DNA of 64,000 nucleotides from Mustelus asterias (Eukaryota). The stretch spans positions 72,602,001-72,666,000 of the forward strand of contig NC_135803.1 in NCBI RefSeq assembly GCF_964213995.1, in the 5' to 3' direction. The notes below the pieces were generated by a model. That model worked only from the letters and a program-made list of their open reading frames with translations, had not been told where the DNA came from and did not search any database. Position numbers and translations under genes: made by a program. Shown here piece after piece: positions 50,250 through 64,000 of the stretch (position 1 is the first letter of the stretch; each line of letters begins with the position of its first letter).

Positions 50250-53200
50250 AACTTCCAGAGATAACTGATACATTGATACATCACTGTGTTTCTTCATCTA
50301 AGTTGTTATAACAGGCTGCAAATAGTTAAGATCCCAGCACTGATCCTTGTGGAACTCCACTATTCACTGCCTGCCAACATGAAAAAGCCCTGTTTATGTC
50401 CACTCTTGGTTAATCAATTCTCGATCCATGCTATTACCCCATGAATCCTTCCCTTGCCTATTAACCTTTTGTGCAGCACCTTATCAAATGCCTTCTGGAA
50501 TCCCAGATATACGACGTCCACTGGTCCCTCTTTATTTCCACACCAGTTACATCTCAGGATAATAAGGAGGGAAAAATTCAAGTACGGGAGAAAGTTAATG
50601 AGAAATATTAAGACAGAGTTTCTGCAGATATTTAAATAAAAGGGTTAACAAAATGAGTGTTGGTTCTATGGAAAGTCTGGGGATATATAATGGAAAATAA
50701 GGGGATGGCAGATGAATTGAATACGTATCTTGCATCAATCTTCACTATAGAGGATACAGAAGAGGGAGGAACTCAGGAAAATTACAATCACCAGGGAAGT
50801 GATGCTAAGAAAACTGTTGAAGCTGCGAGCTGATAGGTCCCTGCGTCCAGATGGACTTCATCCTAGGATCTTATGAGAAATGCTTAGTGAGATAGTTGAT
50901 ATTTGGTTTTATTATTTTAATTCCCTAGATTGAAATTCCATTAGTCAGAATGGGTGGAAACAGAAAGCAGGAAACTACAGGCCACTTAGCTTAATATTTG
51001 TCACAGGGAAAATAAGAGAAGCCAGAACTAAAGATGTTATAGCAGAGCACATGGAAGAAAATCAAGGCAATCAGGCAGGGTCAACATGGTTTTCTGAAAG
51101 AGAAACCATGTTTAACTACTTTACTAGAGTTCTTTGAAGGAATTACATCCTACGGATATAGGGGAACCAAGGCCTTCGAGAAGGCGCTACAAAGATTATT
51201 GTAAAGAAATAAAAGCTCAAGGTGTAGGGTGCAACTTATTGGCATGGACTGAAGATTGACTAGATAACTGGAAACAGAGGGTAGGCATAAATGCATCTTT
51301 CACTCTGGCAAGATGCAACACGTGGTGTGTCACAGGGATCAGTGTTGGGACCTTAACTCTCCACAATCTATATAAATAACATGGATGAAAGGACAAAGGT
51401 AAATTTGCTGATGGTTCAAAGATGAGCTGGGTAGTAAGATGTGACGAGAATACAGAGACTACAAAGGGATACAGAGAAGCGAGTAAGTGAGCAAAAACCT
51501 GGCAAATGGGAGTAAAATGGAGGAAAATGTGACATCCCCCTCGGGTCACGTTTTTAAAGAAAGAGAGAGGCACATCCCCTTTGGGGAGAAAATATCTGAA
51601 CTTACTAGCTGAAAATGTATTCAACCAATTCTTTAAAATTGGGGCATCACATTTCTAACCCCCCCAGTGGGACAGAAGTGGATTAAACAGACTATTTGGA
51701 GCAAAGTCTCAGATTGTAACTTATTTAATTAAATGTTACTCTTCCTGCTTAGGGACTTTCTCTAGTTTCAAAATGTATGTGCAGTATCTGTAGAATAATT
51801 TTCTGGTCCCCAGCATCACAGGTGTCAGTTTTCATCCAATTCGATTCACTCTACACAATATCAAGAAATGGGTGAAGATACTGGATACTGCAAAGTCTCT
51901 GGGCCCTGACAATATACCAGCAATAGTACTGAAGACATGTACTCCAGAACTAGCTGCAACCCTAGCCAAACTGTCCAGTACAGCTTCAATACTGGCATCT
52001 GCCCAATGTGGAAAATTGCCCCGGTAGTCCTATACACAAAAAGGACAAATCCAACCTGCCTAATGACCACTCTCGGACTACAATTGGATTCCAAACAGTT
52101 AAAAAAACTTCCTAAAATGGAAGAACATTTTTGCTCAAGCGAGTCCAGGAGACAACAGACAGCTTTGGGCTTAAAAACAGATAAAGGGATCATAGAATCA
52201 TAGAATCCCTACAGTGCAGAAGGAGGCCATTTGGCCCATCGAGTCTGCACCGACCACAATCCCACCCAGGCCCTACCCCCACATATTTTACCCGCTAATC
52301 CCTCTAACCTACGCATCTCAGGACTCTAAGGGGCAATTTTTAACCTGGCCAATCAACCTAACCCGCACATCTTTGGACTGTGGGAGGAAACCGGAGCACC
52401 CGGAGGAAACCCACACAGACACGAGGAGAATGTGCAAACTCCACACAGACAGTGACCCGAGCCGGAAATCGAACCCGGGACCCTGGAGCTGTGAAGCAGC
52501 AGTGTTAACCACTGTGCTACCGGATCTTTTACCAATCCTCAAAAACTGCAAGTAAAAGGCACTGCTGGAAAATGTCCCAGTATATTACTTAGGGTTATCA
52601 ACTCTGCTTGGACACATTCCTGAGGTTTTCACTTGACTTCCTGGCTCCAGCTATCCAATCCAGTTAAACAACCCATTATCCTCATCAATAACCATTTTAT
52701 AAAGAAACATTCAGTGGAACTGAAAAGTTAACATAACTTCCTTATGGCTTTTCTCCAGGATTGCTCATGCATGCTCAGGCAATTAATCTTTTAATTCCTG
52801 AAGAATCCAGGACAATCCTGGAAGGTTGATGACTGCAAGTACATCCCATGCATTTATCAATTATCTGCATTTTTAATCAGTTTCTCCAGAACACAAATTA
52901 AAGAGAAATAAACAAGAAATGTTAAGGACTTCTAATAATCGCTCCAGAATATCTCACTTAATAACTAACCACTACAGGTCAGAATGCAGCCCCACATTTC
53001 AAAAATGGAAAACGTTTTTGCAATTATACCTCAGCAACCTCAAAACATTCACTTTCCTGTTGGATTAATTAGAACCAATTTCACATATAACCACTGGTAA
53101 TGCATAGTAAACTATTCATGCTGTCTCACCCAGAGCACATCCAAACAAGTCCAAGCAATAGTAACATCTCAACACTGCATTTCATTTGACTTTGAATACA

Positions 53201-55100
53201 ACAGCACAAGAAATGGGAGAAGATCATGCAGCCCATTGAGCATTCAACATGGGCAAGGGCGGATCTTGGACTTCCAACTTCACTTTCTCCATATCCCTTG
53301 ATTCTCCAAGAAACAAAAAAAATTTGTCCCAACCTTAAATATTGCCAAAGGTGGCATATCCACAGTCCTCTGGATTAAGGAATTCCAAAGATGCACAACC
53401 CTTCAAATGAAGTGAGACAGTCCTAAATGATCAGCCCTTATCCTGAAACCATGCCCCCTTGTTCTAGATTCCCCAGCATGGAGAAACAACCTTTCAATGT
53501 CTACCCTGACAAGTCCCTTCAATCTTCAATATCTCAATGAGGTCACTTCTCATTCTTCTAGACTTCAATGAGTATAGGCCCAATCTATCATGGGACTATC
53601 CTCTCAGCCCAGGGATCAATCCAGTGAACCTTCAATTAAAGTAAACCCTTTCCCATATGGAGACTGGAAATGCACATTGAACACAAAAATGTGCACACAG
53701 TACAAGTGTGTGCTCAAAGCCCTGTGCAGATATAGCAATACTTCCTCCCCCTACCTGCAATAAAGGCAAACATACCATTTGCTTTCCTAATTGTTTGCTG
53801 TACCTGCATACTACTTCATGCTCCTTATAGGAGTGCACACATTTCTTTGAACATCAATATTTGCAAGTTTCAGACCTTATGATCAAAGTGAACATCCTCT
53901 CACTTCCCCACATTATAATCCATGTGCTACTTTGTTAGCCACACACTTAACCTGTCCATATCTCTTTGCAACCTGCATTGCCCTCGCAGCTTGCATTCCC
54001 ACCTAGCTTTGTATCAAATTTAATTCGGATAATGTATCTAAGACATTCATATCAATCGTAAATAGCCGAGGCCCCTGTATTGATCCCGTCACAGCCTGTC
54101 AACTTTAAAATGCGCTATTTATCTCTACCCTCCACTTCCTGTCCCTTAATCGATCCTTTATCCATGTTAATTGATCCTACCCAACTCCATGAGCCCTCAT
54201 GTGAGGCGTTAAATTTGTTGATTGACTTTTGGAAATCCAAGTATACTACATTTACTGGTTCCCCTTTGTCAACCCCGTTTTTGTTTTTCAGTGGATGTAT
54301 TTGTATGAACATTTTGAATTGTTTAAATGTTTCCCACTGTTTATTTATGGTCATATCTTTTAAGCCCATTAACAAAATCACTCTTAGCCAGCTTTCCCCT
54401 CATAACATACATAATGGCTTTATTGAAATTCAAGGTTCTTGTTTGGGATTGGAGTATGTAGTTTTAAACTTAATGTGGAATTCAATTGTACTGTTATCAC
54501 CATTTTGCAGTGGATATTTTATTGTGACAAACCTTGCCTCATTGCACAATAGTAAATCTAAAATATAGTTCTATCCCTAGTTGGATCCATAACATCACTC
54601 CAGGAAATAGTCATGAAAACATTCTACAAACTCATCTTCCAGACCACCATTACCAATTTGACTAATCCAGTTTATATGAAGATTGAAGACCCTCACAATT
54701 ATTACATTACCTTGTTAAAAGCACCAGTAATTTATTGTTTAATGCTCTATCCAACAGTATTACTAATGTTAGAGGGGCTATAAAATATTCCAAACTGTTT
54801 TCGGATTCTTGCTATTCCTAATCTCCACCCATACAGATTCCTCTCTCACTGATATCCTTATGACATTTTTAATTATCAGGTCTATCCTTCTTTTCCATTC
54901 TTTCTTTTCATGATGTTGCATACAGTGGAATATTTGTTTTCCAATCTTGGTCACCTTGTGATCATGTCGCTGCAATGGCAACTAGATTGAAACATTTATC
55001 TCTATTTGTGCCAATGGTTAATGTGTTTTATTGTTGATGCTCCACAAATTACGATAAATTTTTTTTTGTTAAAATCCTATTCTCTGCATGGATCTTTGAT
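50250..55100. mobile_element. Cluster of degenerate CR1 fragments (50250-50555 -, 50570-51530 +, 51860-52050 +, 53200-55100 -)
   Basis: RT and endonuclease remnants such as VVYLDFQK, LNGKFAD and SVWVEIRN. Confidence 0.65.
52191..52521 (-). mobile_element. Young HE1-like SINE
   Basis: Near-identical to 39766-40115. Confidence 0.92.
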
Positions 55101-55146
55101 GCACTATTGTTAAGCTCTGTCCCTTCCTGTTTCACTCAACTTGTCT

Positions 55147-56706
55147 TAGAACATAGAAAAACTACAGCACAATACAGGCCCTTCAGCCCACAAAGTTGTG
55201 CCGAACATGTCCCTACCTTAGTGATTACTAGGCTTACCTATAACCCTCTATCTTACCAAGTTCCATGTACTTATCCAAAAGTCTCTTAAAAGACACTATC
55301 GAATCCGCCTCCACCACCGTTGCTGGCAGCCCATTCCACGCACCCACCACCCTGAGTGAAAAACTTACCCCTGACATCTCCTCTGTACCTACTCCCCAGC
55401 ACCTTAAACCTGTGTCCTCTTGTGGCAACCATTTCAGGAAAAAAACCTCTGACTGTCCACTCGATCAATACCTCTCAACATCTTATACACCTCTATCAGG
55501 TCACCCCTCATCCTTCGACTCTCCAAGGAGAAAAGGCCAAATTCACTCAACCTATCCTCATTAGGCATGCTCCCCATCCCAGGCAACATCCTTGTAAATC
55601 TCCTCTGCACCCTTTCTATGGCTTCCACATCCTTCCTGTAATGAGGTGACCAGAACTGAGCACAGTACTCCAAGTGGGGTCTGATCAGGGTCCTATATAG
55701 CTGCAACATTATCTCACGACTCCTAAACTCAATTCCTCAACTGATGAAGGCCAGTACACCATACGCCTTCTTAACCACAGCCTCAACCTGCACAGCTGCT
55801 TTGAGCGTCCTATGAACTCGGACCCCAAGATCCTTCTGATCTTCCACACTGCCAAGAGGCCTACCATTAATATTATATTCCGCCATCCTATTTGACCTGC
55901 CAAAATGAACCACCTCACACTTATCTGGGTTAAACTCCATCTGCCACTTCTCCGCCCAGTCTTCCATCCTATCAATGTCTCGCTGCAACATCTGACATCC
56001 CTCCACACAACACCTCCAACCTTTGTGTCATCAGCAAACTTACCAACCCATCCCTCCATTTCCTGATCCAGGTCATTTAAAAAATCACAAAGATTAAGGG
56101 CCCCAGAACAGATCCCTGGGGCACTCCACTGGTGACTGACCTCCATGCAAAATATGACCCATCTATAACCACTCTTTGCCTTCTGTGGGCAAGCCAGTTC
56201 TGGATCCACAAAGCAATGTCCCCTTGGATCCCATGCCCCCTCACTTTCTCAATAAGCCTTGCATGGGGCACCTTATCAAATGCCTTGCTGAAGTCCATAT
56301 ATACTACATCTGTTGCTCTTCCTTCATCAATGCGTTTAGTCACATCCTCAAAAAATTCAATCAGGTTCGTAAGGCATGATCTGCCTTTGACAAAGCCATG
56401 CTGACTATTCTTAATCATATTATACCTCTCCAAATGTTCATAAATCCTGCCTCTCAGGATCTTCATCAACTTACCAACCACTGAGGTTAGACTCATGGGT
56501 CTATAATTTCCAGGGTTATCGCTACTCCCTTTCTTGAATAAGGGAACAACATCCGCAATCCTCCAGAACCTCTCCCGTCTCCATTGATGATGCAAAGATC
56601 ATCGCCAGAGGCTCAGCAATCTCCTCCCTTGCTTCCCACAGTAGCCTGGGGTACATCTCCTCCGGTCCCGGCGACTTATCTAACTTGATCTTTTTCAAAA
56701 GCTCCA
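55147..56706 (-). mobile_element. CR1 LINE, 3' 1.55 kb (RT and 3'UTR), frameshifted
   Basis: KSPGPEE, NYRPMSLTS, DFSKAFDKV, GVPQGSVLGP, FADD and RPHLEYC in successive frames. Confidence 0.95.
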
Positions 56707-57914
56707 AATGATGTCTTCATCCACATCAACATACTATACTATTGCATCAACTTTTATCTTTGGATTTCTAAATCTCCCTTCACCCAAACACACTTCCCGA
56801 TTAGTTCAAAAAAGCCATTTTTCCCTGCTCGGGCTGTATTTGCATTTTCATGTTTGTATGCTCTGTCCCTTCCTGACATTCTAGTTATCATTATCCACAT
56901 CTCTATCCTGCACTACTGCCTTATCTTTTCCCTTTAACGCTCCAAATCCCCCCCCCCCCCCTCAATCCACTCTACAGCCCTAATTCAGCTTCAGGGGAAG
57001 ACCACCCAACGGTACGGCTCCCTCTTTCCCCACAGCAGTGCTCCAGGACTCAAAATCCATTTCTCCCACACCAATCTTTTGGCCATGCATTCAACTCTGA
57101 TGTTATGTCAAGTTGCTCTTGACTCAGGTAGAACTCAGAGATGACCTTAATTAAGTAATTGATGTTTTTCATTAATCTGTTTCCAAGAACCAGTTTTTTA
57201 AAATATCCTGGGTGAAGATTGTCCTTGCGTCCTTAACTTAGAACCAATAAGAAGCATACTCTGCAAAGCCATGCACCAAAATGCATTTTGTGCAAAAAAG
57301 CATTCTGAATATCACAATATCAAAACTACCTGTAAATGTTTCTATATACAGAAGTCAAACCATTTCACTTCTGACAATTGGAAACAAGGTCATGAGGCAA
57401 TTCACAGCACTCTGGGAGTGTAACTCACAACAGGCATGCTCAAAAAATAGTGAAAAGAATCTATCACCCAGGTTCCCATGTGTATGACTTCCTGCTTCTT
57501 CTGTACATTTCCAGATAAGACTAAGCACATACCAATGAGCTGCAGCAGTAGTTTCACATCACACAGCAGACAACCACACCATCTGATACTGCTGCTGCAC
57601 ACACAGCTCCCAGTCACTGGTCAGTGTGAACCGTCATTGAAGATTAGGAAACTATCTCCACCTCTGACTGCAAGGCATTTTTGCAGATTGATGGGATGAG
57701 GGTGATCAATAAATTTTATCCTCTCAGTTTGAGTTTTTTTCAGAAGCCTTCAGACATCATGGAACAATAAAACTCTAGAAGCCATTCAGCCCATCCAGTG
57801 CCTGTCACCTGAAAAAAAAACTAGCCACCCATTCTAATTCCACCTGCCAGCACCTGGTTCATAGCCTTGCAAGTTATACCACCTCAGGTGTAGATCCAAG
57901 TACCTTTTAGCTGA

Positions 57915-58077
57915 AAGAAACAAAATACTGCAGATGCTGGAATCTGAAACAAATTCAGAAAATGCTGGAGAACCTCAGCAGGTCTGACAGCATCTGTGGA
58001 GAGAGAATAGAGCTAACGTTTCGAGTCTGGATGACCCTTCGTCAGAACTGAGAGCAAAGATAATAAGAAGAGATTTA
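57915..58077 (-). mobile_element. Short non-autonomous Penelope-type pLTR element with hammerhead (58011-58049)
   Basis: Minus strand: AGUU-CUGACGA-AGGGUCAUCCAGACUC-GAAA-CGUUAGCU. Imperfect 14-bp TSD TACCTTTTARCTGA at 57901-57914 and 58078-58091. Interrupts a CR1 3' end. Confidence 0.75.
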
Positions 58078-60069
58078 TACCTTTTAACTGAGTTGAGGGT
58101 TTTTGCCTCTGCCAATCCAGGCAGCAAATTCCAGACACTTAACACCCCGATTGAAAAAAGTTTTCCCAATATCCCCTCTAAACATCTTTGTATTGTGGAA
58201 CCTTATCATGGGGTTCAGAAAACTCCACTACAGCAAAATACAAACCCAGTTGAAACATGCTTGCACGCAAGAAATTCTTACTTCAACATTAACACAAGCT
58301 TGGAGGTGCCCTGTTAGCAATTTGCGCAGATACAAGGAGTTGAAAGTGTCCATCACTTCTTCTGTGCCCTGTTGAAGTTACAGAGAAGTTCAGTTTTGAA
58401 GCTTCCATTAAGTGTTTGAAACAAAGCCAAAGGAAATGCAGAAGTGTTGCCGGTCAGTGGTTCTAAACATATGTACTGCAGGAAGATCAGTGTCTCCCCC
58501 TAGTTTGCAACCAAGTTTGGATTGCAAGAACCTCGAATTCACTGAATAATTCAAATGTTAAATCAACAAAGCTCTTCTGGTTTGTCCCCAATGCAGACAT
58601 ACTTACCACTTTCTGAAGCTAAACAATGAAATATCCCCCAAGATGTTTCACAGGAGAATCAAAGATTTTGATCCCTCAGACCAGTGATCAAAAGCTTGGT
58701 CAAAGAGACTTTTTCAAAACATCTTGAAGGAGGGGATTAGGCAGGGAATTCCATGATTTAGGACAGAGGCTGTTGAAGACAGCTATCATTGCTCACAGGG
58801 GATGCTGGTGTAGAGTGCCTTTGTGTAACACACCAGATGATTTGGAAGAATGTAGCATTCCTGAAGGGTTGTAGGGCTGGGAAGGGTCACAGAGGGACAA
58901 GGTCAGGGAGGAATCTGAACACAGGAGAACTTTTAAAATCTGAGGCATTGCTGGAGTGAAAGCTAATGCGAACAGCTCTGCCTCAGTGAAAAGACACACC
59001 TTCCATCTCTCCTTCCAAACATTCATACAAAAATCAACACTGAGTTGGAAAATAGTTCAACACAGCAAATGAATTACTCATTAGAGCTTTTTAAAAGTTC
59101 ATTTTCTTAGAAACCAGGTGAATGCTAAAAATGGAGGGGGGGGGGCAGAATGGGACTAAAATGAAAGGGTGAATAATATGTATATTGCAACAAGGAGGTT
59201 GGTATTAATAACATGGGCTGTTTCACCAGCTGTTACAGTATTACTTACTATTCATTAAAAAAATTACAGCCAAAAAGTTAACACAGTTAACCTTGCACAA
59301 AGGCAACCACTCTTGGCTCAGTGTTACTTACCACATCACACTATTCGCACTTCAGCTATTTAAAGAGTTAGGTGCACTCACTCAGTAGTACATACTCAGT
59401 ATACCAATTGTCCAGTACACCTGCAGACCAAACCACGGGAAGCAAAACTGATCTATATTTTGATTAGAGATTCAACTTTTGCTACTGACCAATTTCAGGA
59501 GAACTTTCTTGAAGTTGCACCTTTGTAGACAAAAAAAAACTGATTATATCCTCACTGTTTATGCACTCAAGGTTTGCACAGCCAAAGAACTTAAGTGCAC
59601 AGCAAAGGGAGCCACAGCTGATGAGAGCCCACAGAGCCAGCAATTAAAGAAATGAGTTCTTGATAATTCACTAGACTAAAAGGAAACATGAACAAAATAG
59701 TTCACTTGGCCCATCTTAGTTTGTTCTCCTGCTAAAATCTACAGTCCCAGCACAGCACTCACCTTCCAGAAATGATTCCAAGGCTTTTGCTTCCATTACC
59801 CGAAACAACAATCTATCCCAAGCAGTGACTACATTCTAAAGTGAGCGCACGACTGAGTTATTACAAATGCACAGCTCTTTCGAGGTTTGAGAATTTTGAC
59901 AATGTTCGGTAGCCATAAAAGTTGGGAGAAAATAAATATTTTTATTTTTGAGCTTCCATCTCACTGAGGCAGCTTTAGGCCAACCCACACCCAACAAATC
60001 GCTCTGAAAACTCTGCTCACATTTTGACAGCTGTGACAAATTCCACCACAACAGCAGAGCTGAGACGAT

Positions 60070-63000
60070 TGGCCCGAATTAGGAACAGGCTACCCGTCCC
60101 CTCGAGTCTGCTCCACCATTCAGTAAGATCATGGCTGATCTGATGATAATCTCAACACCACATTCCCACCTTTCATCCCCTTACTCATCATTAATCTGTC
60201 CAGATCTGCCTTAAAAATAATCAAAGACTCTGCTTCCACCCTTAACAGATCCTTTAAAAAAATTCCAGGACCTTGGTCCACATCTTTGCTAAAAACTAAT
60301 CACTTCTACTTTGGCCCCATGTGCCAGGTTCTGTTGAAATCCATCCAGTAGTTTTTCCATATAGTATTTACAAACATGAAAATATTACCCCTACCCATGA
60401 GAAAAATCTCTTTTTGTAATGCTGATTGAGGGATAAATATTAGCCATGACAGCAGGAATAACTCCCCTGCTTTTCTTCAAAATAGTGCCAAGGGATTTTT
60501 TTTTTTTACATTCTCTACCCAAGGGATGTAAAGGGAGCAGATGTGGCATGAAACCTGCACATAGCTCTGATAGTGAAATAAAAAAACTCCACTTGTGCAT
60601 TTAAGCAACTGTGGTCAACAAACGTGGTCAGAGGCAGTGTCAAAGCAGAAGTTTAGTTGGGGTTTACACAAATGCAAGAAAATGTGGAAATTCAAGCAAG
60701 AGTTATAAAACACTAAATGGATACAATAAAAAAATTTTAAAGCACAAAAAGTATGAACAAAACCCCTGCAAGAAATTACAAATCTAACAGTAAATGTTTT
60801 CCATTAAAAAGTGCATGTTATGGAGCCCATTAAAGACAATATAGGTGATCATGATAAAACTGCGAGGGAACCTAAAAATAAGTGGAGGGACTGAGTGGAT
60901 TTAAGATATCCTTAAAGTGAAAGGAGAAAATAATGGGATATAAACAGACAAGTCTCCGGACCTTTGGTTTCTATCATCAGGAATTAAAAGATACAGGGCA
61001 GAGAAATTACAGATGGATTAGTCAAAAGTTTCCAATAATCAAGAATTATTCATAAGAATCATAAGAACTTGGAGCAGGAAATTTAGCCCCCTCAAGCCTG
61101 CTCCGCATACAATCATTGCCGATTTCATCTTGGCCTCAATTCCACTTTTCTGGCCATTCACCATAGCCCTTAAAACCCTTACTAATTAAAAATTCATAAT
61201 TTCTCATCTTTGTTTTAAATCTGCCAGCCCTTATCCTAAAACTATACCTCGACATTGCCCTACAAGGGGAAACATCATCTCCACATATTAGATCTCCTCT
61301 CATTCTTCTAAACTCCAGGAAACATAGGCCTAAACTGCCCAATCTCTATTCGCAAGACAAACCCTTCATCGCTGGAATCAATCTATTGAAAATGCCAGTA
61401 AATTCAAGCCAGGAGGGAAGGAGAAACCAGAAATCTACAGAGCTGTCAATTTAATGTTAGCTTTGAGGAAGTGATTAGAATTCACCTTCAGTGACAGTGT
61501 GACTGAGCCTTTTAACAAAATCAAAAAGCGTCAGCATGGATTTATGAAAAGTAGATCATGTCTGACAGCGAGCTGAATTTCTGGAGGGGGTCAACAACTT
61601 GGTGCAGAGGGAAGTACCTTTGGATGTTGTCCACTTCCAGTAAGTGTCTGGTGGGTTCCAGACCAAAAATCATTAGCAAAAATGAAAGCACACAAAATTG
61701 GAAATGGAAACAGAAAATGCTGGAAAAGCTTAGTGGAATGAAGAAATCATTGACCTCAAAACTTTAAACACTATTCCTCCCTCCACAGATGTTACCAGAC
61801 CCCAGAATTTTCAGCATTTCCAACATCCGCAGTATTTTGTTTTTATTGTAGAATTGGAAGTAACTTGGTAACATGGGTTAGTAATTGGTTGACAGGAAAG
61901 CTTAGGAAAAGGGATTATCTTTGTTTGGCAGAGGAATCGAGGGTTAATCAATTTTGCAACTTACACCTACAGCTACAGTAATTTGTGCAGCTGTAAGGGA
62001 GATCTAAAAATATCAGTAAAACTTTACATTTGATCCCTACTATATACTGAGATCACATCCAGAATGGCAAGTTAGTACATTCTTGGTACCAGAGTTCAGA
62101 AATGGGAAGGAAATGCAGCAGGAGGACAAGTTTGGCTCCAGTTCCTTGGACAGGAATCTGCTCCCCAACACAATGCAGTGAACCCCAAGAGCATGCACAT
62201 GGACAACAGGCAAAGAGATGTTGCAAGAGGCAGTACCTTTTGGGGAGGAAAGGAAAACTGAGGGCTGGATACCAGGAAAGAGAAATAATAAAATTTTAGA
62301 AAGCTAAAATTACACGATCCACAAAACATACATTACATTGTGGTTGGAGCATATGGTAGGAAATTGGAGATTCCTCTGGCTTTATACACATTAAAGCAGA
62401 ATAAATAGGGCTGACAGATTAATCAGTTGGCTGAACACAAAGCAAGTTCAAATGACCCTGTCATTTGTTTTTAAAGGCGAATCCAGATCACAACCTAGCT
62501 CAATGATAAACTCAGTTACACTAACCCCTCTCAGCATGCAACGCAATCGCACATCCTGTTGGCTACTTAACATAAGAAATCCAATGCTGCAAACAAAGCA
62601 CTGAAAGAACCCAAGTAGAGACATTCGTGCAAAGCTAAGTTGCCTAGCAGCACGTTCTACATTTGTAAATGCTGCAGTGTCTGCCCTGTATAAAGCATTT
62701 TCTGTGCACCATACACAAAAGCATATTGTAAAATGGTGGTTCCCGCAAAGTTCATTGGGTCAAAATCCTGGAACTCCAATCGTAACAACATTATGGATGC
62801 ATTTACACCAGATGGATTGTAGCAGTTCAAGGCAGTAGTTCATCCATAGAATGTAGGTATACACAAATCTCCAAAAATATCAGGGTGAGTTGATAAAGGC
62901 AGTGAAGGTATATGAGATACACGGCTTTGTAAATGGAGGTACTTAAATGCAAAAGCAAAATCATGTAAAATCTTCGATCTCTGGTTAGGCTGCAGCTGGA

Positions 63001-64000
63001 GTATAATTTTGGACATCACACTTTAGGAAGGATAAGGCCTTGAAGAGGACAAAGGAAGTTTACCAAATGATTCTAGGAATGAGGGGTTTTAGCTTTGGAG
63101 AGACTGGGAAACTGGAATTGTTGTTAGACAAGAGAAGGCTAAGGGCAGACCCAATAAATGTTGTCATTAACAGCCATGCCTTTAGGCATCTGAGCTCTAA
63201 TTGCCTCTCTCTCCCTCAAAGAGAACTTTTAAAATCTCCCTTCCTAAACAAGCTTCTGGCCCTTTGAGTCAGTGTGTCAATTTTATATCTGATAGCACTC
63301 CTGGGAAGTTTTACCACTTTAAAGAGGTTACTATTGACTTCCAGAAGATATTTGGTAAGGGTCCACATAAGTGATTAGCAGCAAAAATGGTGAACAATAT
63401 TGGAGGCATCCTAGTGATCGATTGGAACATAAGAGAGATGAATAAAAAGATGTGTTCCCGTTGGCAAGATTCAACTTGTGGTGGTGCTTCCCAGGGATCT
63501 GTACTGGGCCACAGTTTTCACCATATATTTTCTTTCAAAATCATAAGAGTTGTACGTGACACTAGGTTAGGAGCATTAGAGCAAAGCAAATTGTTTGTTA
63601 AGTGGACAAACTGAAGGAGCAAAGGATTTTGGATTTCAAAGTACACAAATCATGAAAGGCTAGTGCATAGGTGAAACAAGTAATCAAAAAGCTCATGGAA
63701 TACTGGACTATCTCAAGAGGGTTGGAAGCAAGGGTACAAGGTGATGCCCCAGTTACAGTTTTGGTCAGACCCAAGCTAGAATACTGCATTTAATTCCATT
63801 TTGGACAACATACATCAGCAAAGATATATTGGCCTGTGAGAGAATATTCACCAGAATGAAACCACATATTAGGAGTTAATAACGAGGTCTGGTTATATAA
63901 CTGTAACTTGCATAGAAGGTTAAAGATTTATTTTTGGTGTTTAAAATGATAAAGAATAAGATACATACAGAAAAACAATTTCCTTTGGTATAACAATCCA
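60070..64000. mobile_element. Scattered old CR1 fragments (60070-60240, 60760-61960, 62860-63200, 63330-64000)
   Basis: LEFRRMRGDLI, QHGFMK.RSCL and QGSVLG remnants. Confidence 0.6.
60400..60600 (-). mobile_element. Deu-domain SINE fragment (SacSINE1/AmnSINE1-like)
   Basis: Minus strand ATCCCTTGGCACTATTTTGAAGAAAAGCAGGGGAGTTATTCCTGCTGTCATGGCTAATATTTATCCCTCAATCAGCAT resembles the Deu domain as I recall it. Confidence 0.65.

Noticed and set aside
49761-50264. 167-aa ORF on the + strand
   Set aside because: No recognisable domain, non-ATG start, no clear splice structure; treated as a chance ORF.
58595-58625. Strong minus-strand donor (GTG|GTAAGTAT) as the SEPT2 non-coding first exon
   Set aside because: No CpG island, promoter or matching acceptor nearby; an isolated consensus is expected by chance.
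1-64000. Prokaryotic systems such as CRISPR arrays, operons or defence loci
   Set aside because: The window is a spliced vertebrate gene with vertebrate repeats; no regularly spaced repeat-spacer array or bacterial-like ORFs were seen.

Overview
Eukaryotic genomic DNA, most likely from a shark or other elasmobranch (HE1-type V-SINEs, HER1/CR1 LINEs). The only host gene is septin 2 (SEPT2) on the minus strand. Eight coding exons can be placed by GT-AG sites and translation: 41080-41106, 28367-28547, 21191-21277, 19758-19881, 17392-17526, 15691-15808, 5758-5859 and 384-529. The last exons lie left of the window, and no non-coding first exon or promoter was found. This SEPT2 has an unusual N-terminal polyglutamine insert. 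The rest is intron packed with mobile DNA: CR1, Rex1 and L2 LINEs, several SINE families, Penelope elements with hammerhead ribozymes, a Mag-type Gypsy fragment, a solo LTR, a hAT MITE and a 7SK retrocopy. The most notable items are a TSD-flanked, highly structured retroposon with a U2 snRNA-like head (45201-45438), the polyQ exon with an inverted shorter copy in the upstream intron, AG|GTGAG recursive-splice-like exon starts, and several locally templated insertions. Repeat boundaries are approximate and family names come from recognition, not database searches.
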